Source: Candidatus Woesearchaeota archaeon (GTDB lineage Archaea; Nanobdellota; Nanobdellia; SCGC-AAA011-G17; JACPIM01). From it: DNA of 64,000 bases. Positions within the stretch are counted from its first letter, which is position 1; every line of letters begins with the position of its first letter. The DNA is taken from contig JBDRGP010000014.1 of assembly GCA_043817645.1 (NCBI GenBank), positions 11,879 through 75,878 of the forward strand. The letters are read 5' to 3'. Shown piece by piece: positions 27,648 through 37,013 of this stretch. A program made the position numbers and the translations under genes. Under the pieces are notes generated by a model. That model saw nothing but the letters and a program-made list of their open reading frames with translations, ran no database searches and was not told the DNA's origin.

Positions 27648-27698
27648 CTTTATTTTTAATCTCTTTTATTCTTTTAATATGTTTTGGTCAATTTCTAA

Positions 27699-29963
27699 TC
27701 AAGGGTAATAAGTATCCCCTTGCGGTTCTCCTTTTTCTTCCTCTTCTTTTTCATCCCTCCTGCCTAAATCAACAATATCAAAAGTAGTGCTCTTATTTAA
27801 AAAATAATCGCTACTCTGCAAGGCCTTGATGTTCCACTCCTCAATATTCTCCTGAATATCTCCCTTAACCTTAAAATCACAAATAAAAGTACATCCCCTA
27901 GCAGGTTTACCTTCTATAGAACTATAACAAGTATCCAAAAGATACATCTCATCTTCATCCAAAATCATTCTTTTCAAACCAGTTTTTCCTACGCCGCCAC
28001 CTCTCCCAAACTGACAATCCTCTCCCTCAGTATCAAACCACCCTGGAACTTCTACAAACAAAGCATTAGCTTTAACCCTTCCTTCCCACTCAGCAGAATC
28101 AGGCTCCGTATTTACAATCAAAGTATAAGGATTTTCTTCACCAAGATAAATAGGTTGGGAATTTAACATATTAACCGCTAATTGAACAGGCCCACCCGTA
28201 TACTCAGAAGTAACTCTCCTGTCGCTTTTTATCAATCCCGGAAAACTAGCAGAACCTCTAACCTCATTTATGAGCTCAACTTCCCAATTATCTCTATTTG
28301 CAATCTCATCATACTTTTCTTTTCCAATAGTATAAGTCTTTAAAATAGATTCAGTTGCAAAATTTTTGTAATTCACAGTAAGAGTCGCCTTAAATGTTTC
28401 ACTCTGTTTACTAGAATCACTAATCTTAAATTTATTTTTCTCAAAATCACACCTAACAAAAAAAGTACACTCCCTATCTCTCTGAACATTTTCCACTATG
28501 TGATCTTCTTCTCCAACATTACCACAAGACGGAGAGATCTGCACATTTCCTTTCTCACCAGTTTCATTCATATATCCAAGACAATTAAACTCAATAGTAA
28601 CCTCCTCTATTCTGTTTTCAGCAGCATCATCTTTATTATCTTTAATAGAAGGGATAGCAAGATGCTTAACCTCTGCTACAAGTCTAATATCTTGTTCAGG
28701 TCTAAAAGAAGATACAACTGGCCCAAAAGAAACAAATTTCAAACCTTTAGGAGGCCCTTTCTGTTGCACATCAGGATTAGTAAACTCACCATAACTTTTA
28801 AAATATTCATCAGGATGTTGAACATAATAAAAAAATCTTTTCATTCTTGGAATAAACGCACTTTCTTCTAACTCAATCCCTCCCTTAACTCCGTATTTTT
28901 GAGCTAGTTCTGAAGTAGCAAAAGGAATTAAAAACCAAGAAGCAATTGCCAATACCACCAAAACCAAACCCAAGCTAAAATTAACATGTTTTCCCTGAGC
29001 ATTAGTTTTTAGCATTAACAAAATACCCAAAACAGCCAAGCCAATTGTAACAATCCATCTTAAATTATAAAAAGCACCCAAGGCACCAGTAGTAATTGCA
29101 ATACTTGAAAATTGGGGCGCATACCATCCAAAAAATATTCCAAAAATAATCAAAAACAAACCTAATTTCCACGTTGTATGTTTTTTCTCTTTTCCTTCTC
29201 CCGTAGTTCTAATAATCAACCACAAACCTAAAAGCGAAATAATACCCCCAATAATCCAACTAAAAGCAGGTAAATTTGCTAGAGTTGTAAAGAGTCCTGT
29301 AGTAAGAATAGATACGATATAGCCACCAATATACCATGAGATAACTGAGAGAATAACAATCAGAAATATAATTAATAAAACATAGGGATGGTTGTCCCCA
29401 AGATATCTAAAAAATTTAACAATACTGTCCCAAATGCTCTTAAAAATATCACGAAAACTTTTGCTAAAAATAAGCATAATAACTAATATCAGAAGAATCA
29501 AAGCGGGGATAGAAATCCAACCAGATGACAAAAAAGCTGGAACCTTACCTAAGAAAAAAGACCCGGAAAGAATCAAGATAAATAAACCAACGATAACTAA
29601 AGAAAGGGTAAACCAATTTCTACTAATTTTACGACCCCCAACAGTCACTTTTGGAGTTTCAGGCGAAGGAAGCCTAACTTTTTTTGATCTCGATAGTAAT
29701 TCTCTCTCCCTCAATTTCTTATCTTCTTTTCCTAATTCTCGAAGTCTTCTCCCGACATCTCGAATGTCCGCCCTCAATTTCTTCAGACTTGCATCATATT
29801 CAACAGTTTTAGCAAGATCAGTTCGCGATCTAGCTTTCTCCCTTCCAGCCCTTAATTGTTTACCTGTTTTCCTTGTTTCTCTTAGATAATTATACAATTC
29901 AGCAGCCTCTCTTTGAATTTCCTGTCTACGATCAGCCATCCTAAAAAACCCACCTCTTTTCAA
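27699..29963 (-). CDS. Large polytopic membrane protein: basic coiled-coil N-terminus, about 8 TM segments, cysteine-rich extracellular C-terminal domain
   Basis: R/K-rich helical residues 1-120, repeated TM hairpins (..LIIRTTGEGKEKKHTTWKLGLFLII.. / ..LMLKTNAQGKHVNFSLGLVLVV..), and a 400-aa C-terminal beta-rich region. Confidence 0.55.
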   Translation of the reverse strand: MKRGGFFRMADRRQEIQREAAELYNYLRETRKTGKQLRAGREKARSRTDLAKTVEYDASLKKLRADIRDVGRRLRELGKEDKKLRERELLSRSKKVRLPSPETPKVTVGGRKISRNWFTLSLVIVGLFILILSGSFFLGKVPAFLSSGWISIPALILLILVIMLIFSKSFRDIFKSIWDSIVKFFRYLGDNHPYVLLIIFLIVILSVISWYIGGYIVSILTTGLFTTLANLPAFSWIIGGIISLLGLWLIIRTTGEGKEKKHTTWKLGLFLIIFGIFFGWYAPQFSSIAITTGALGAFYNLRWIVTIGLAVLGILLMLKTNAQGKHVNFSLGLVLVVLAIASWFLIPFATSELAQKYGVKGGIELEESAFIPRMKRFFYYVQHPDEYFKSYGEFTNPDVQQKGPPKGLKFVSFGPVVSSFRPEQDIRLVAEVKHLAIPSIKDNKDDAAENRIEEVTIEFNCLGYMNETGEKGNVQISPSCGNVGEEDHIVENVQRDRECTFFVRCDFEKNKFKISDSSKQSETFKATLTVNYKNFATESILKTYTIGKEKYDEIANRDNWEVELINEVRGSASFPGLIKSDRRVTSEYTGGPVQLAVNMLNSQPIYLGEENPYTLIVNTEPDSAEWEGRVKANALFVEVPGWFDTEGEDCQFGRGGGVGKTGLKRMILDEDEMYLLDTCYSSIEGKPARGCTFICDFKVKGDIQENIEEWNIKALQSSDYFLNKSTTFDIVDLGRRDEKEEEEKGEPQGDTYYP

Positions 29964-29982
29964 AAACCATACTAATACCTCT

Positions 29983-30276
29983 TTATTTCACCTTAATATC
30001 TTTTTTCATCCATTTAGCAAAAACCATACAGTCCATATTATTCCAAAAAAACCAAACATCGCAATCTTTAGTCCTACATTTCTCATCAACAATAAGTTCT
30101 TTATAGACTTTTCCACATTTTGGGCAAGTTATCTTATGTTCCACTTCATCACAAGTTTCATCTCTCTCAATATTTTTATTCTTCTCAAATTTATCATAGC
30201 AAGCTTTACATAAACCGAGATTATAATTGGATAACATAAATTTTTCATATTTCTTATTACAATTTACACATTTCAT
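29983..30276 (-). CDS. Cysteine-rich double zinc-ribbon protein
   Basis: CxxC..CxxC and CxxC..C..C patterns (MKCVNCNKK...CKAC, CPKCGK...CRTKDC). Start lies 1 nt after the ATPase stop. Confidence 0.5.
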   Translation of the reverse strand: MKCVNCNKKYEKFMLSNYNLGLCKACYDKFEKNKNIERDETCDEVEHKITCPKCGKVYKELIVDEKCRTKDCDVWFFWNNMDCMVFAKWMKKDIKVK

Positions 30277-30277
30277 T

Positions 30278-31573
30278 TTAAGCTACATCCAATAACCATT
30301 TCCACAATGGAATGAATTTTATTTTTTTCCCCTCGATCAATTCCTCATATTCGCTAGATTCTGTTATTATCAACCCCTTACTCAACTTAAATTTTTTCAT
30401 AGCTGCAACCAAAGATTTTACCTCTCTTTCTTTAGCTTCTTCTAAATCCCAGCAGACTTGAATTAATTCTTTAATTTTTAAACCCACCTTAACTACAAAA
30501 TCGACTTCATATTTCTTCTCCTGCCAATAAAATAACTCACAAAGGGGATTCGAACTATATCTACGTTTTATTTCAACAAAAACGATATTCTCTACAAGTC
30601 TTCCATAATCCTGCGAGAATCTAAAGCCCTTTATATTTCTTATCCCCGTGTCCACACAATAAATTTTTTTTGGATTTATCTCTTGTCTTTTTACAGAAAA
30701 ACTAAATAAAGGTACACTAAATATAAAAAAAGCATCCTGTAGATATCTGACATACTCTCCAACACTATCTGTAGATAATCCCACTTGCCTCCCTATTTTT
30801 GAAAAATTAGCAGGGTTTGATACGTTTTGAAGAAAAAAATTAATCATCCGCTCCATTTTTGCCGCATTTCTTATTCCCCGTCTTTTTATGATGTCTCTGT
30901 AGATTATAGTATCATAATAAAACCTCAATAGTTGTGCCTTCTTTTTCTTATCCTTCTCTAAAACAACTTCTGGAAAACCACCAAATTCTAAATATTCAAG
31001 AAACTTATGTTTTACTTCTTGCTTTTTTGAAAGTAAAGATACGCTATTTTTTACATTAGTATCTATCCCAATAAGCTCCTTAAAACTAAAGGGATACAAA
31101 TCAAAGTATGCAAATCTGCCAGATAGTTTATATGTAAAATCTTCCTTTAACATAGAAAAATTTGAACCCGAAATAAAAAATTTCACATTTTTCTCAAGAT
31201 CATAAATCCGTTTTAATGTACTTTCCCAGCCAGGTTCTTCTTGAACCTCGTCTACAAAAACAAAAACCCTCCCCCTAGGATTAACTAATTCTTTATACAA
31301 GTCTATTGATTTAGAAATAATTTCTTTTTTTTCCACCCTATCATCATCGCACTTTATAAAAAAAATATTTTTAGGGTTAACAGTTTTCAGAAGATGCTCA
31401 ATTAAAAGATACAACAAAGAAGTTTTTCCACTCCTTCTTACCCCGAGAACACCCACAATTTCCTTTCTTTTAATCCATTCAACAACATCACTTTCCAACT
31501 CCCTATCTAAAAGATTAAAACCTTTCTTTTCGTCCCACCAAGGATTCCATTCCACCAAAACTTCTTTTTTCAT
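30278..31573 (-). CDS. AAA-type ATPase with a DUF4143/PD-(D/E)xK-like C-terminal domain (COG1373 family)
   Basis: Walker A GVRRSGKTS, Walker B VFVDEVQ, C-terminal KKYEVDFVV. Confidence 0.75.
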   Translation of the reverse strand: MKKEVLVEWNPWWDEKKGFNLLDRELESDVVEWIKRKEIVGVLGVRRSGKTSLLYLLIEHLLKTVNPKNIFFIKCDDDRVEKKEIISKSIDLYKELVNPRGRVFVFVDEVQEEPGWESTLKRIYDLEKNVKFFISGSNFSMLKEDFTYKLSGRFAYFDLYPFSFKELIGIDTNVKNSVSLLSKKQEVKHKFLEYLEFGGFPEVVLEKDKKKKAQLLRFYYDTIIYRDIIKRRGIRNAAKMERMINFFLQNVSNPANFSKIGRQVGLSTDSVGEYVRYLQDAFFIFSVPLFSFSVKRQEINPKKIYCVDTGIRNIKGFRFSQDYGRLVENIVFVEIKRRYSSNPLCELFYWQEKKYEVDFVVKVGLKIKELIQVCWDLEEAKEREVKSLVAAMKKFKLSKGLIITESSEYEELIEGKKIKFIPLWKWLLDVA

Positions 31574-31592
31574 ACTAGATTACAATCGAATG

Positions 31593-31612
31593 TTATTTAT
31601 AAAGCTTTCGAT
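31593..31612 (-). promoter_or_regulatory. BRE/TATA promoter of the ATPase/zinc-ribbon cassette, flanked by a 7-bp inverted repeat
   Basis: Minus strand reads ATCGAAAGCTTTATAAATAA, 20 nt upstream of the ATG at 31573. AATCGAA (31584-31590) and TTCGATT (31607-31613) form an inverted repeat. Confidence 0.55.
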
Positions 31613-31625
31613 TATAATCGAGTAA

Positions 31626-32861
31626 TCACTCATCTCTCATCAAAATTTCTAACTGCTCTATAGAAAACTCATTCTTAGCAAAAATTTTAATCAAATTTTC
31701 ACCTTCTAAGATAATATCAGTAATATCCTTCTCATAAACATCATCATGAACATCCAGATAAATAACATTATCATTCACTCGAATATCCGCCCTCTTTCTG
31801 TCACCATCATTATCAAATCTCAACTTCAAAATAACTTCCTTATCCTCAATATCTTCAAACTGATCCTCATCAATAGTAAAGAAATATCTAGGGTTAAATC
31901 CTTCATCAAATTTATATTTCAAAGTTATTTGCTCAATAATATAATTTCCCTTATCAACCTCAAAAGTCAAAAAGTTAGTCCCATCAATAAAATCATCTTC
32001 ATCAGCATCAAATCTAGTTTGAGAAGCATCACAAACAACTTTGCCAAAAAAGATACTCTTCCTATTCAAAAACACTTTCAATATTCCTTGGTCCCTACCC
32101 ACTTCTAAACAATTCACAAAAAATTCAATCTCAGCATCTCCAATAGCCTCAGCTCTTGAAACCTCAAACTTTCTCAACTCTCGTCTATTCTCTAAATTAA
32201 ATTCCTTAACAATCTCTAAATCTTTCAAAACATACTTGCTGCTACTCAAAAAGGCAAATCCGACACTGCTAGCCTCAAATCTTAAATTATTTGTCTCACG
32301 TAATAAAGAAACAGGAAGTTCAACAGGCAAATCATTTACACTTAAACCACCTTCAAATATAACATTACCATTCAAAGAGATTTTTAAATCTCCCCTAGCC
32401 TCCACAATATTAAAAAATAACTTAACTTTCTTTAGATTAGCAACGTTATCAAGATTAAATCTAGCATCCTTATATTTATTCCCAAAAATTGATTTAGAAA
32501 CAGTAATTAAATTAGCTATCTTCTCAGTTTCTTGATCAGTAGTCATAAATAAATTAGCAGAAGCAAAATCTTTTTCAACATCGTCCTTTCCAGGAGGCAA
32601 AACAGTTCCAGGGTGTTCTAAAAGCAAGGTTTCTTTTTCCCCATTAGCATCCCCGTCACCATTATCACCAGCATCGCCATTAAGAAGATCATCATAATCA
32701 ATCTCTTCCCCTTCAAGCACATCTTCACGAGCTTTTTCAGGCAGCAAAATCAAATAACCAACAAAAAACAAAGCAATAAGTATAATCACTCCCGCAGCAG
32801 CAGCTGTTCCACTCGCCTCATCAGCCATACCTCTTTTATTCATATGAATTTGAAATACCAT
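31626..32861 (-). CDS. Membrane-anchored acidic protein with three tandem beta-sandwich-like repeats
   Basis: One N-terminal TM (AAAAGVIILIALFFVGYLILL), a D/G-rich linker, then three units of about 100 aa sharing ..L.F......L.I.LN...If.G...... Confidence 0.5.
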   Translation of the reverse strand: MVFQIHMNKRGMADEASGTAAAAGVIILIALFFVGYLILLPEKAREDVLEGEEIDYDDLLNGDAGDNGDGDANGEKETLLLEHPGTVLPPGKDDVEKDFASANLFMTTDQETEKIANLITVSKSIFGNKYKDARFNLDNVANLKKVKLFFNIVEARGDLKISLNGNVIFEGGLSVNDLPVELPVSLLRETNNLRFEASSVGFAFLSSSKYVLKDLEIVKEFNLENRRELRKFEVSRAEAIGDAEIEFFVNCLEVGRDQGILKVFLNRKSIFFGKVVCDASQTRFDADEDDFIDGTNFLTFEVDKGNYIIEQITLKYKFDEGFNPRYFFTIDEDQFEDIEDKEVILKLRFDNDGDRKRADIRVNDNVIYLDVHDDVYEKDITDIILEGENLIKIFAKNEFSIEQLEILMRDE

Positions 32862-32884
32862 TTCGTATTTAAATATTCCCTTCT

Positions 32885-33418
32885 TTACTTTTTCTTCTTT
32901 CTACGTCTCCTCTTAGTAACTTTCTTACTTCTTCCAGTAATCCACCTAGCAAACTTACCTATCACATAACCTGCACCAAAAATAGCCAATACAGGAACTA
33001 CTGCCTGCATCAGAGCATATCCACCTAAAGTCAGATTTCCAGCAGCAACTTGCATAAGATAATAAGGCACAGATATACCATAATCAAAATGAAGAGTTTG
33101 TTGAAGTGAATAGAGTACAGTTACACCAAGTGCTCCTCCCGTAAGTAGTTTCTCCTTACTCCCAGGCTCCCCTAAACCATGCCCAATACCAGCAGCAAAA
33201 CTAAAAAACGGAATAATCGGGTTATACAGAGCCGCTCCACCAAAAACACCAAAATTACTAGCTGCAAAATCAGCCACATCTTTCATGCCTACGCCAGAAA
33301 CAATACCCGCGCCCATAGCCAAAGAAGTATAAATGCCACCTTCTACTAGATTACTCAAACCCCAATCTTTACCAATATTCGTCTGTCCTAATTTATCTTC
33401 CAAAACAAGATCTGCCAT
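32885..33418 (-). CDS. Glycine-rich membrane protein with a polybasic tail
   Basis: G/A-rich hydrophobic segments. C-terminus RSKKVTKRRRRKKKK. Confidence 0.45.
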   Translation of the reverse strand: MADLVLEDKLGQTNIGKDWGLSNLVEGGIYTSLAMGAGIVSGVGMKDVADFAASNFGVFGGAALYNPIIPFFSFAAGIGHGLGEPGSKEKLLTGGALGVTVLYSLQQTLHFDYGISVPYYLMQVAAGNLTLGGYALMQAVVPVLAIFGAGYVIGKFARWITGRSKKVTKRRRRKKKK

Positions 33419-33447
33419 TTTTCCTATCCAAAGGCATATAAAACGCC

Positions 33448-33461
33448 TTTATAAACCTTTC
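33448..33461 (-). promoter_or_regulatory. BRE/TATA promoter heading the 33418..25644 minus-strand gene string
   Basis: Minus strand reads GAAAGGTTTATAAA, about 30 nt upstream of the ATG at 33418. Confidence 0.5.
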
Positions 33462-33616
33462 TAAAGTTAATTACCAAGAAGTAGGTAATAAAAATATACC
33501 CTAAATCAATAAAAAATATAATTAAAAGGTACTCCTATAAAATAGTATTAAAGGAAAGGCTTATAAACATCTAACCTGCACAAAAAGAAACTTATAATTA
33601 TACTGGGGGAATTATC

Positions 33617-34390
33617 ATGACATATAGACCAGGAATTTTTGCAAGAGGTATTGCGAGCGTAGTTTTCGGACTAACAACTTATAATATAGCTCAGGGTCAA
33701 GCTACATCTACACCAACTACACAACCTGCACCAGACACACATTACGTAATAATCGGAAACAGAGTTAACAACAATCCAAAAAGTTCAACAAACCCAAGCT
33801 CAGATACAATGTACTTTGAACAAATAATGAATGCCTTAAACAATGGTATTCCAAAAAAAGACATAGTGGCATCAAAATTAAGAAAATCAGTTGTGAATTT
33901 TCATGGAAACCCTAATGTTCTAATAGACAACATTAATAACGGAATAGAAGTAGCAATTCTACAAACAGATTCTGCTGGCTTAGTAGGAATGGTAAGACCT
34001 ACAGGTTGGACAGTAAAAGCAGGACAACCAAAAGACAATAGACAATGGGAACCATCAAAGCTGGTACCTACATCGGAATTAGCAAAAGGATACACTCCTG
34101 TTTCTAGCGGTACTCCAGTAGATTACAGTGGACTAGCACACACTATCGGGTTTAATGGAATAGAACTTCTTTACACAGATTTAAACAAAGACGATAACTT
34201 TACAATAGAAGGATACTTCACCGACCTAGATGACGACCCAGCAAACGGTAATGAGACATTTGTAACACTAGAAGCTCTAAGAGTCAGCAATAGAAGCGGC
34301 GAATTCGGAGCAGAGGGCAATATTAGGCTAAATGGTATCAAAAAAGCAGACCCAACAGAAGAAACAGAACCACAAGGAGACAGTAATTAA
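33617..34390 (+). CDS. Secreted protein of unknown function
   Basis: N-terminal signal-like segment (GIASVVFGLTTYNIAQGQA), then a T/P/N-rich linker. GGGGGA Shine-Dalgarno upstream. Confidence 0.45.
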   Translation: MTYRPGIFARGIASVVFGLTTYNIAQGQATSTPTTQPAPDTHYVIIGNRVNNNPKSSTNPSSDTMYFEQIMNALNNGIPKKDIVASKLRKSVVNFHGNPNVLIDNINNGIEVAILQTDSAGLVGMVRPTGWTVKAGQPKDNRQWEPSKLVPTSELAKGYTPVSSGTPVDYSGLAHTIGFNGIELLYTDLNKDDNFTIEGYFTDLDDDPANGNETFVTLEALRVSNRSGEFGAEGNIRLNGIKKADPTEETEPQGDSN

Positions 34391-35445
34391 AAAACAAATT
34401 TCAAAAACCTTGGCTCCCTTAACAATAAGCCAAGAGCTATTTTAGAAGCATGATCTCGGTCATATTCTTCTAAAATTTTTTTTACTTTTTCTTTTCTAAC
34501 TAATTTCACTAAATAATTCAGATCATCCTCTCCCATTTTATCTATTTTCTCTCTAATTTTTAAATGCGTTTTCAAATCTTTCCCAAGTTTCTTCTTCCAA
34601 AGTTTTTCATAATCCTTACCACCAATCAAAGCCTCACAAAGAGCACCTCCACCAATCATACCTTGAACAATACCACCATGAGTACTTGCCTTACAATGCG
34701 TAGCAGCATCACCAACCAAAAAAACATTCTCTTTAGAACACTTAACCAAAGGCTGATACAGAGGTATTAAACCAGATTGATATTCAATAACCTTGCCTTT
34801 AACTTTTTCTAAAACATCCTCAAAACACTTCTTAACTTCACCTTTAGTAATAATAACTCCAACCCTACTAATCTCTTCACTTTCAGGAACACTCCATCCA
34901 AAATAACCTACACCCAAATAAACAACAAAAGTATCCCTAGCAAACCTACCTTTAACCCTGGCCTGCATAGCATTCATAAACTTTCTATTATTAAACATAT
35001 CAAACTTCTTAGCCACAGAACTCAAAACACCATCAGCACCAACTAAATAATCGCTCGCAAACGAAGAGCCATCACCAAATAAAACCTTCCCGTCCTTAAA
35101 ATCAGAAAACCTCTTACCCAAATGAAACTTAACACCTTCTTTCCTAGCTAAAGAAGCAACATAACCATCAAATTTTCCTCTATCAATAACATAATTGGGA
35201 TTATTCAAATTAAAATCTGCTTCAGAGCCATCAGGAGCAATAATCTTAACCTTACTAATTTCATTAACAACAAAATCTCTCTTAAGCTCAATAAAATCTT
35301 TAATCAAACCAGTAACTAATCCAGTACATTGCACGGGTTTGCCAATTTCATCGTGCTCCTCAAAAACACTAACATCCTTGCCAGCCCTAGCAAGTAAATA
35401 AGCCAAATAACTTCCACTAGGACCAGCACCTATAATCGAAATCAT
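34387..35445 (-). CDS. Geranylgeranyl reductase family flavoprotein
   Basis: IIGAGPSGSYLAYLLARAG FAD motif, LVGDAA motif, 352 aa. Confidence 0.8.
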   Translation of the reverse strand: MISIIGAGPSGSYLAYLLARAGKDVSVFEEHDEIGKPVQCTGLVTGLIKDFIELKRDFVVNEISKVKIIAPDGSEADFNLNNPNYVIDRGKFDGYVASLARKEGVKFHLGKRFSDFKDGKVLFGDGSSFASDYLVGADGVLSSVAKKFDMFNNRKFMNAMQARVKGRFARDTFVVYLGVGYFGWSVPESEEISRVGVIITKGEVKKCFEDVLEKVKGKVIEYQSGLIPLYQPLVKCSKENVFLVGDAATHCKASTHGGIVQGMIGGGALCEALIGGKDYEKLWKKKLGKDLKTHLKIREKIDKMGEDDLNYLVKLVRKEKVKKILEEYDRDHASKIALGLLLREPRFLKFVF

Positions 35446-35497
35446 CCCCCTTTCTTAACTAACAAAATTTATAAATGTAACCAAATCAGCATTAAAA

Positions 35498-36355
35498 ATG
35501 ATCAACACAGATATCATCTTAATAATAACCGCATTAACAGCATTAATCTTCGCCACAATCGTAGACATAAGAATTAAGGAGGTTCCTGACTGGATTTCTT
35601 TCAGCTTAATCGCAACTGGCTTAATAATAAGATTAATGCACTCAATAATTTTCACAGATTGGCCATTCTTTTTTTATGGATTACTAGGGTTAGGAGCAAC
35701 ATTCTTAATAGGAAACCTGCTTTATCATGCAAACCAGTGGGGTGGTGGAGATGCAAAACTCCTTATGGGCTTAGGAGCAACATTATCAACAAAACCATTC
35801 TATCTAGCAGAAAGCAATATTCCTTTTTTAGCAACATTATTCATTCTTATACTAATCGCAGGAGCTTTTTATGGAGTGATCTGGTCAATATCCTTGATAG
35901 TAAAAAACTTTAAAAAATTTAAATTAGAATTCAAGCATTTATTAACAACGAGAAAAAGTTACGTCCTTCAAACAACCTCCATGATAGCCTCAGTAATTCT
36001 TCTAGTATTGATCTTCTTTGTAGACTCAACATCATTAAAACTTGCAATTTTCATACTTGCAGTCCTTTTAGCAATATATTTCTATCTATTTGCAGCAGTA
36101 AAATCAATAGAGAACATACACTTCTTCAAAAAAATTCCAGTAGAAAATCTAGTGGAAGGTGATTGGATAGCTCAAGACGTAAAATTAAGAAACAAAATTG
36201 TCTTAACTAAAAGAACAACTTTAGAAAAAAAACAAATATCTGAATTAAAAAAACTAAACATAAAACAAGTTCTCATAAAAGAAGGTATTCCATTCGTCCC
36301 GCCCTTTTTAATTGGAACTATTATCGCTTTGTTAATAGGTAATCCTTTTATTTAA
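35498..36355 (+). CDS. Archaeal type IV prepilin/preflagellin peptidase (A24 family, PibD/FlaK-like)
   Basis: First catalytic Asp context IVDIRIKEVPD and second Asp in WGGGDAKLLMG. Polytopic. Confidence 0.75.
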   Translation: MINTDIILIITALTALIFATIVDIRIKEVPDWISFSLIATGLIIRLMHSIIFTDWPFFFYGLLGLGATFLIGNLLYHANQWGGGDAKLLMGLGATLSTKPFYLAESNIPFLATLFILILIAGAFYGVIWSISLIVKNFKKFKLEFKHLLTTRKSYVLQTTSMIASVILLVLIFFVDSTSLKLAIFILAVLLAIYFYLFAAVKSIENIHFFKKIPVENLVEGDWIAQDVKLRNKIVLTKRTTLEKKQISELKKLNIKQVLIKEGIPFVPPFLIGTIIALLIGNPFI

Positions 36356-36996
36356 GGAACTCTTTCTTTTTCACTATATTTTTTCTTAGGAACATCTTTA
36401 ACTTTTTCCTCTTTTTCTTCTTCAACATCACTAATAGCTTCTAACCGACTAACAATCTCTTGCTTCACCTCATCCATGTCTTCATCACTCACCTCAACCT
36501 TATCCCATCTCAAACTAAATTTATCATCCTTAAATCTAGGAACAATATGTACAGTAACATGCGGCATTAATTGTCCAGCAGCAGCACCATTGGAAATAAA
36601 AATATTGGTTCCTTCAGCTTTCACACCATCAAAAACAGCTCCAGAAATACTTTTAGCAACATTAAACAAATGCCCAACATCCTCAATTTTATTTAAAATC
36701 TCATAGTGTTTCTTAGGAAATAAAACAACATGCCCCTTATTTGCAGGATTTATCTCTAAAACACCAAGCAAATTAGCATCCTCATAAACTTTTTTAGCCT
36801 CAATCTTTCCTTCAGCAATAGCACAATAAACACAGCCTCCACCTTGCTGTTTCTTTAAGAATTCAACCTGCTCAGGACTTAGCTTTTTTAAAAATCTGGG
36901 CAAGGCCTTTTTCTGCTCTTCCACTGGCATCTGAGAAATCTTACCTAATTCCTCCATCTGCTCTTTTGTTAATGGATTTTCAGTCATTTTAATCAA
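36352..36996 (-). CDS. HIT-family protein with an N-terminal extension and a variant triad (H-x-T-x-H)
   Basis: CVYCAI...NPANKGHVVLFPKKH ... MPHVTVHIVPR. Confidence 0.7.
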   Translation of the reverse strand: MIKMTENPLTKEQMEELGKISQMPVEEQKKALPRFLKKLSPEQVEFLKKQQGGGCVYCAIAEGKIEAKKVYEDANLLGVLEINPANKGHVVLFPKKHYEILNKIEDVGHLFNVAKSISGAVFDGVKAEGTNIFISNGAAAGQLMPHVTVHIVPRFKDDKFSLRWDKVEVSDEDMDEVKQEIVSRLEAISDVEEEKEEKVKDVPKKKYSEKERVP

Positions 36997-37013
36997 AACT
37001 ATACCATTCTTCT

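Noticed and set aside
31626-32861. N-terminus MNKRGMADEASGTAAAAGVIILIALFF as a class III (type IV pilin-like) signal peptide, a possible substrate of the nearby prepilin peptidase
   Set aside because: The hydrophobic stretch starts about 9 polar or acidic residues after the putative KRG cleavage site instead of immediately. No pilus ATPase or platform genes are nearby.
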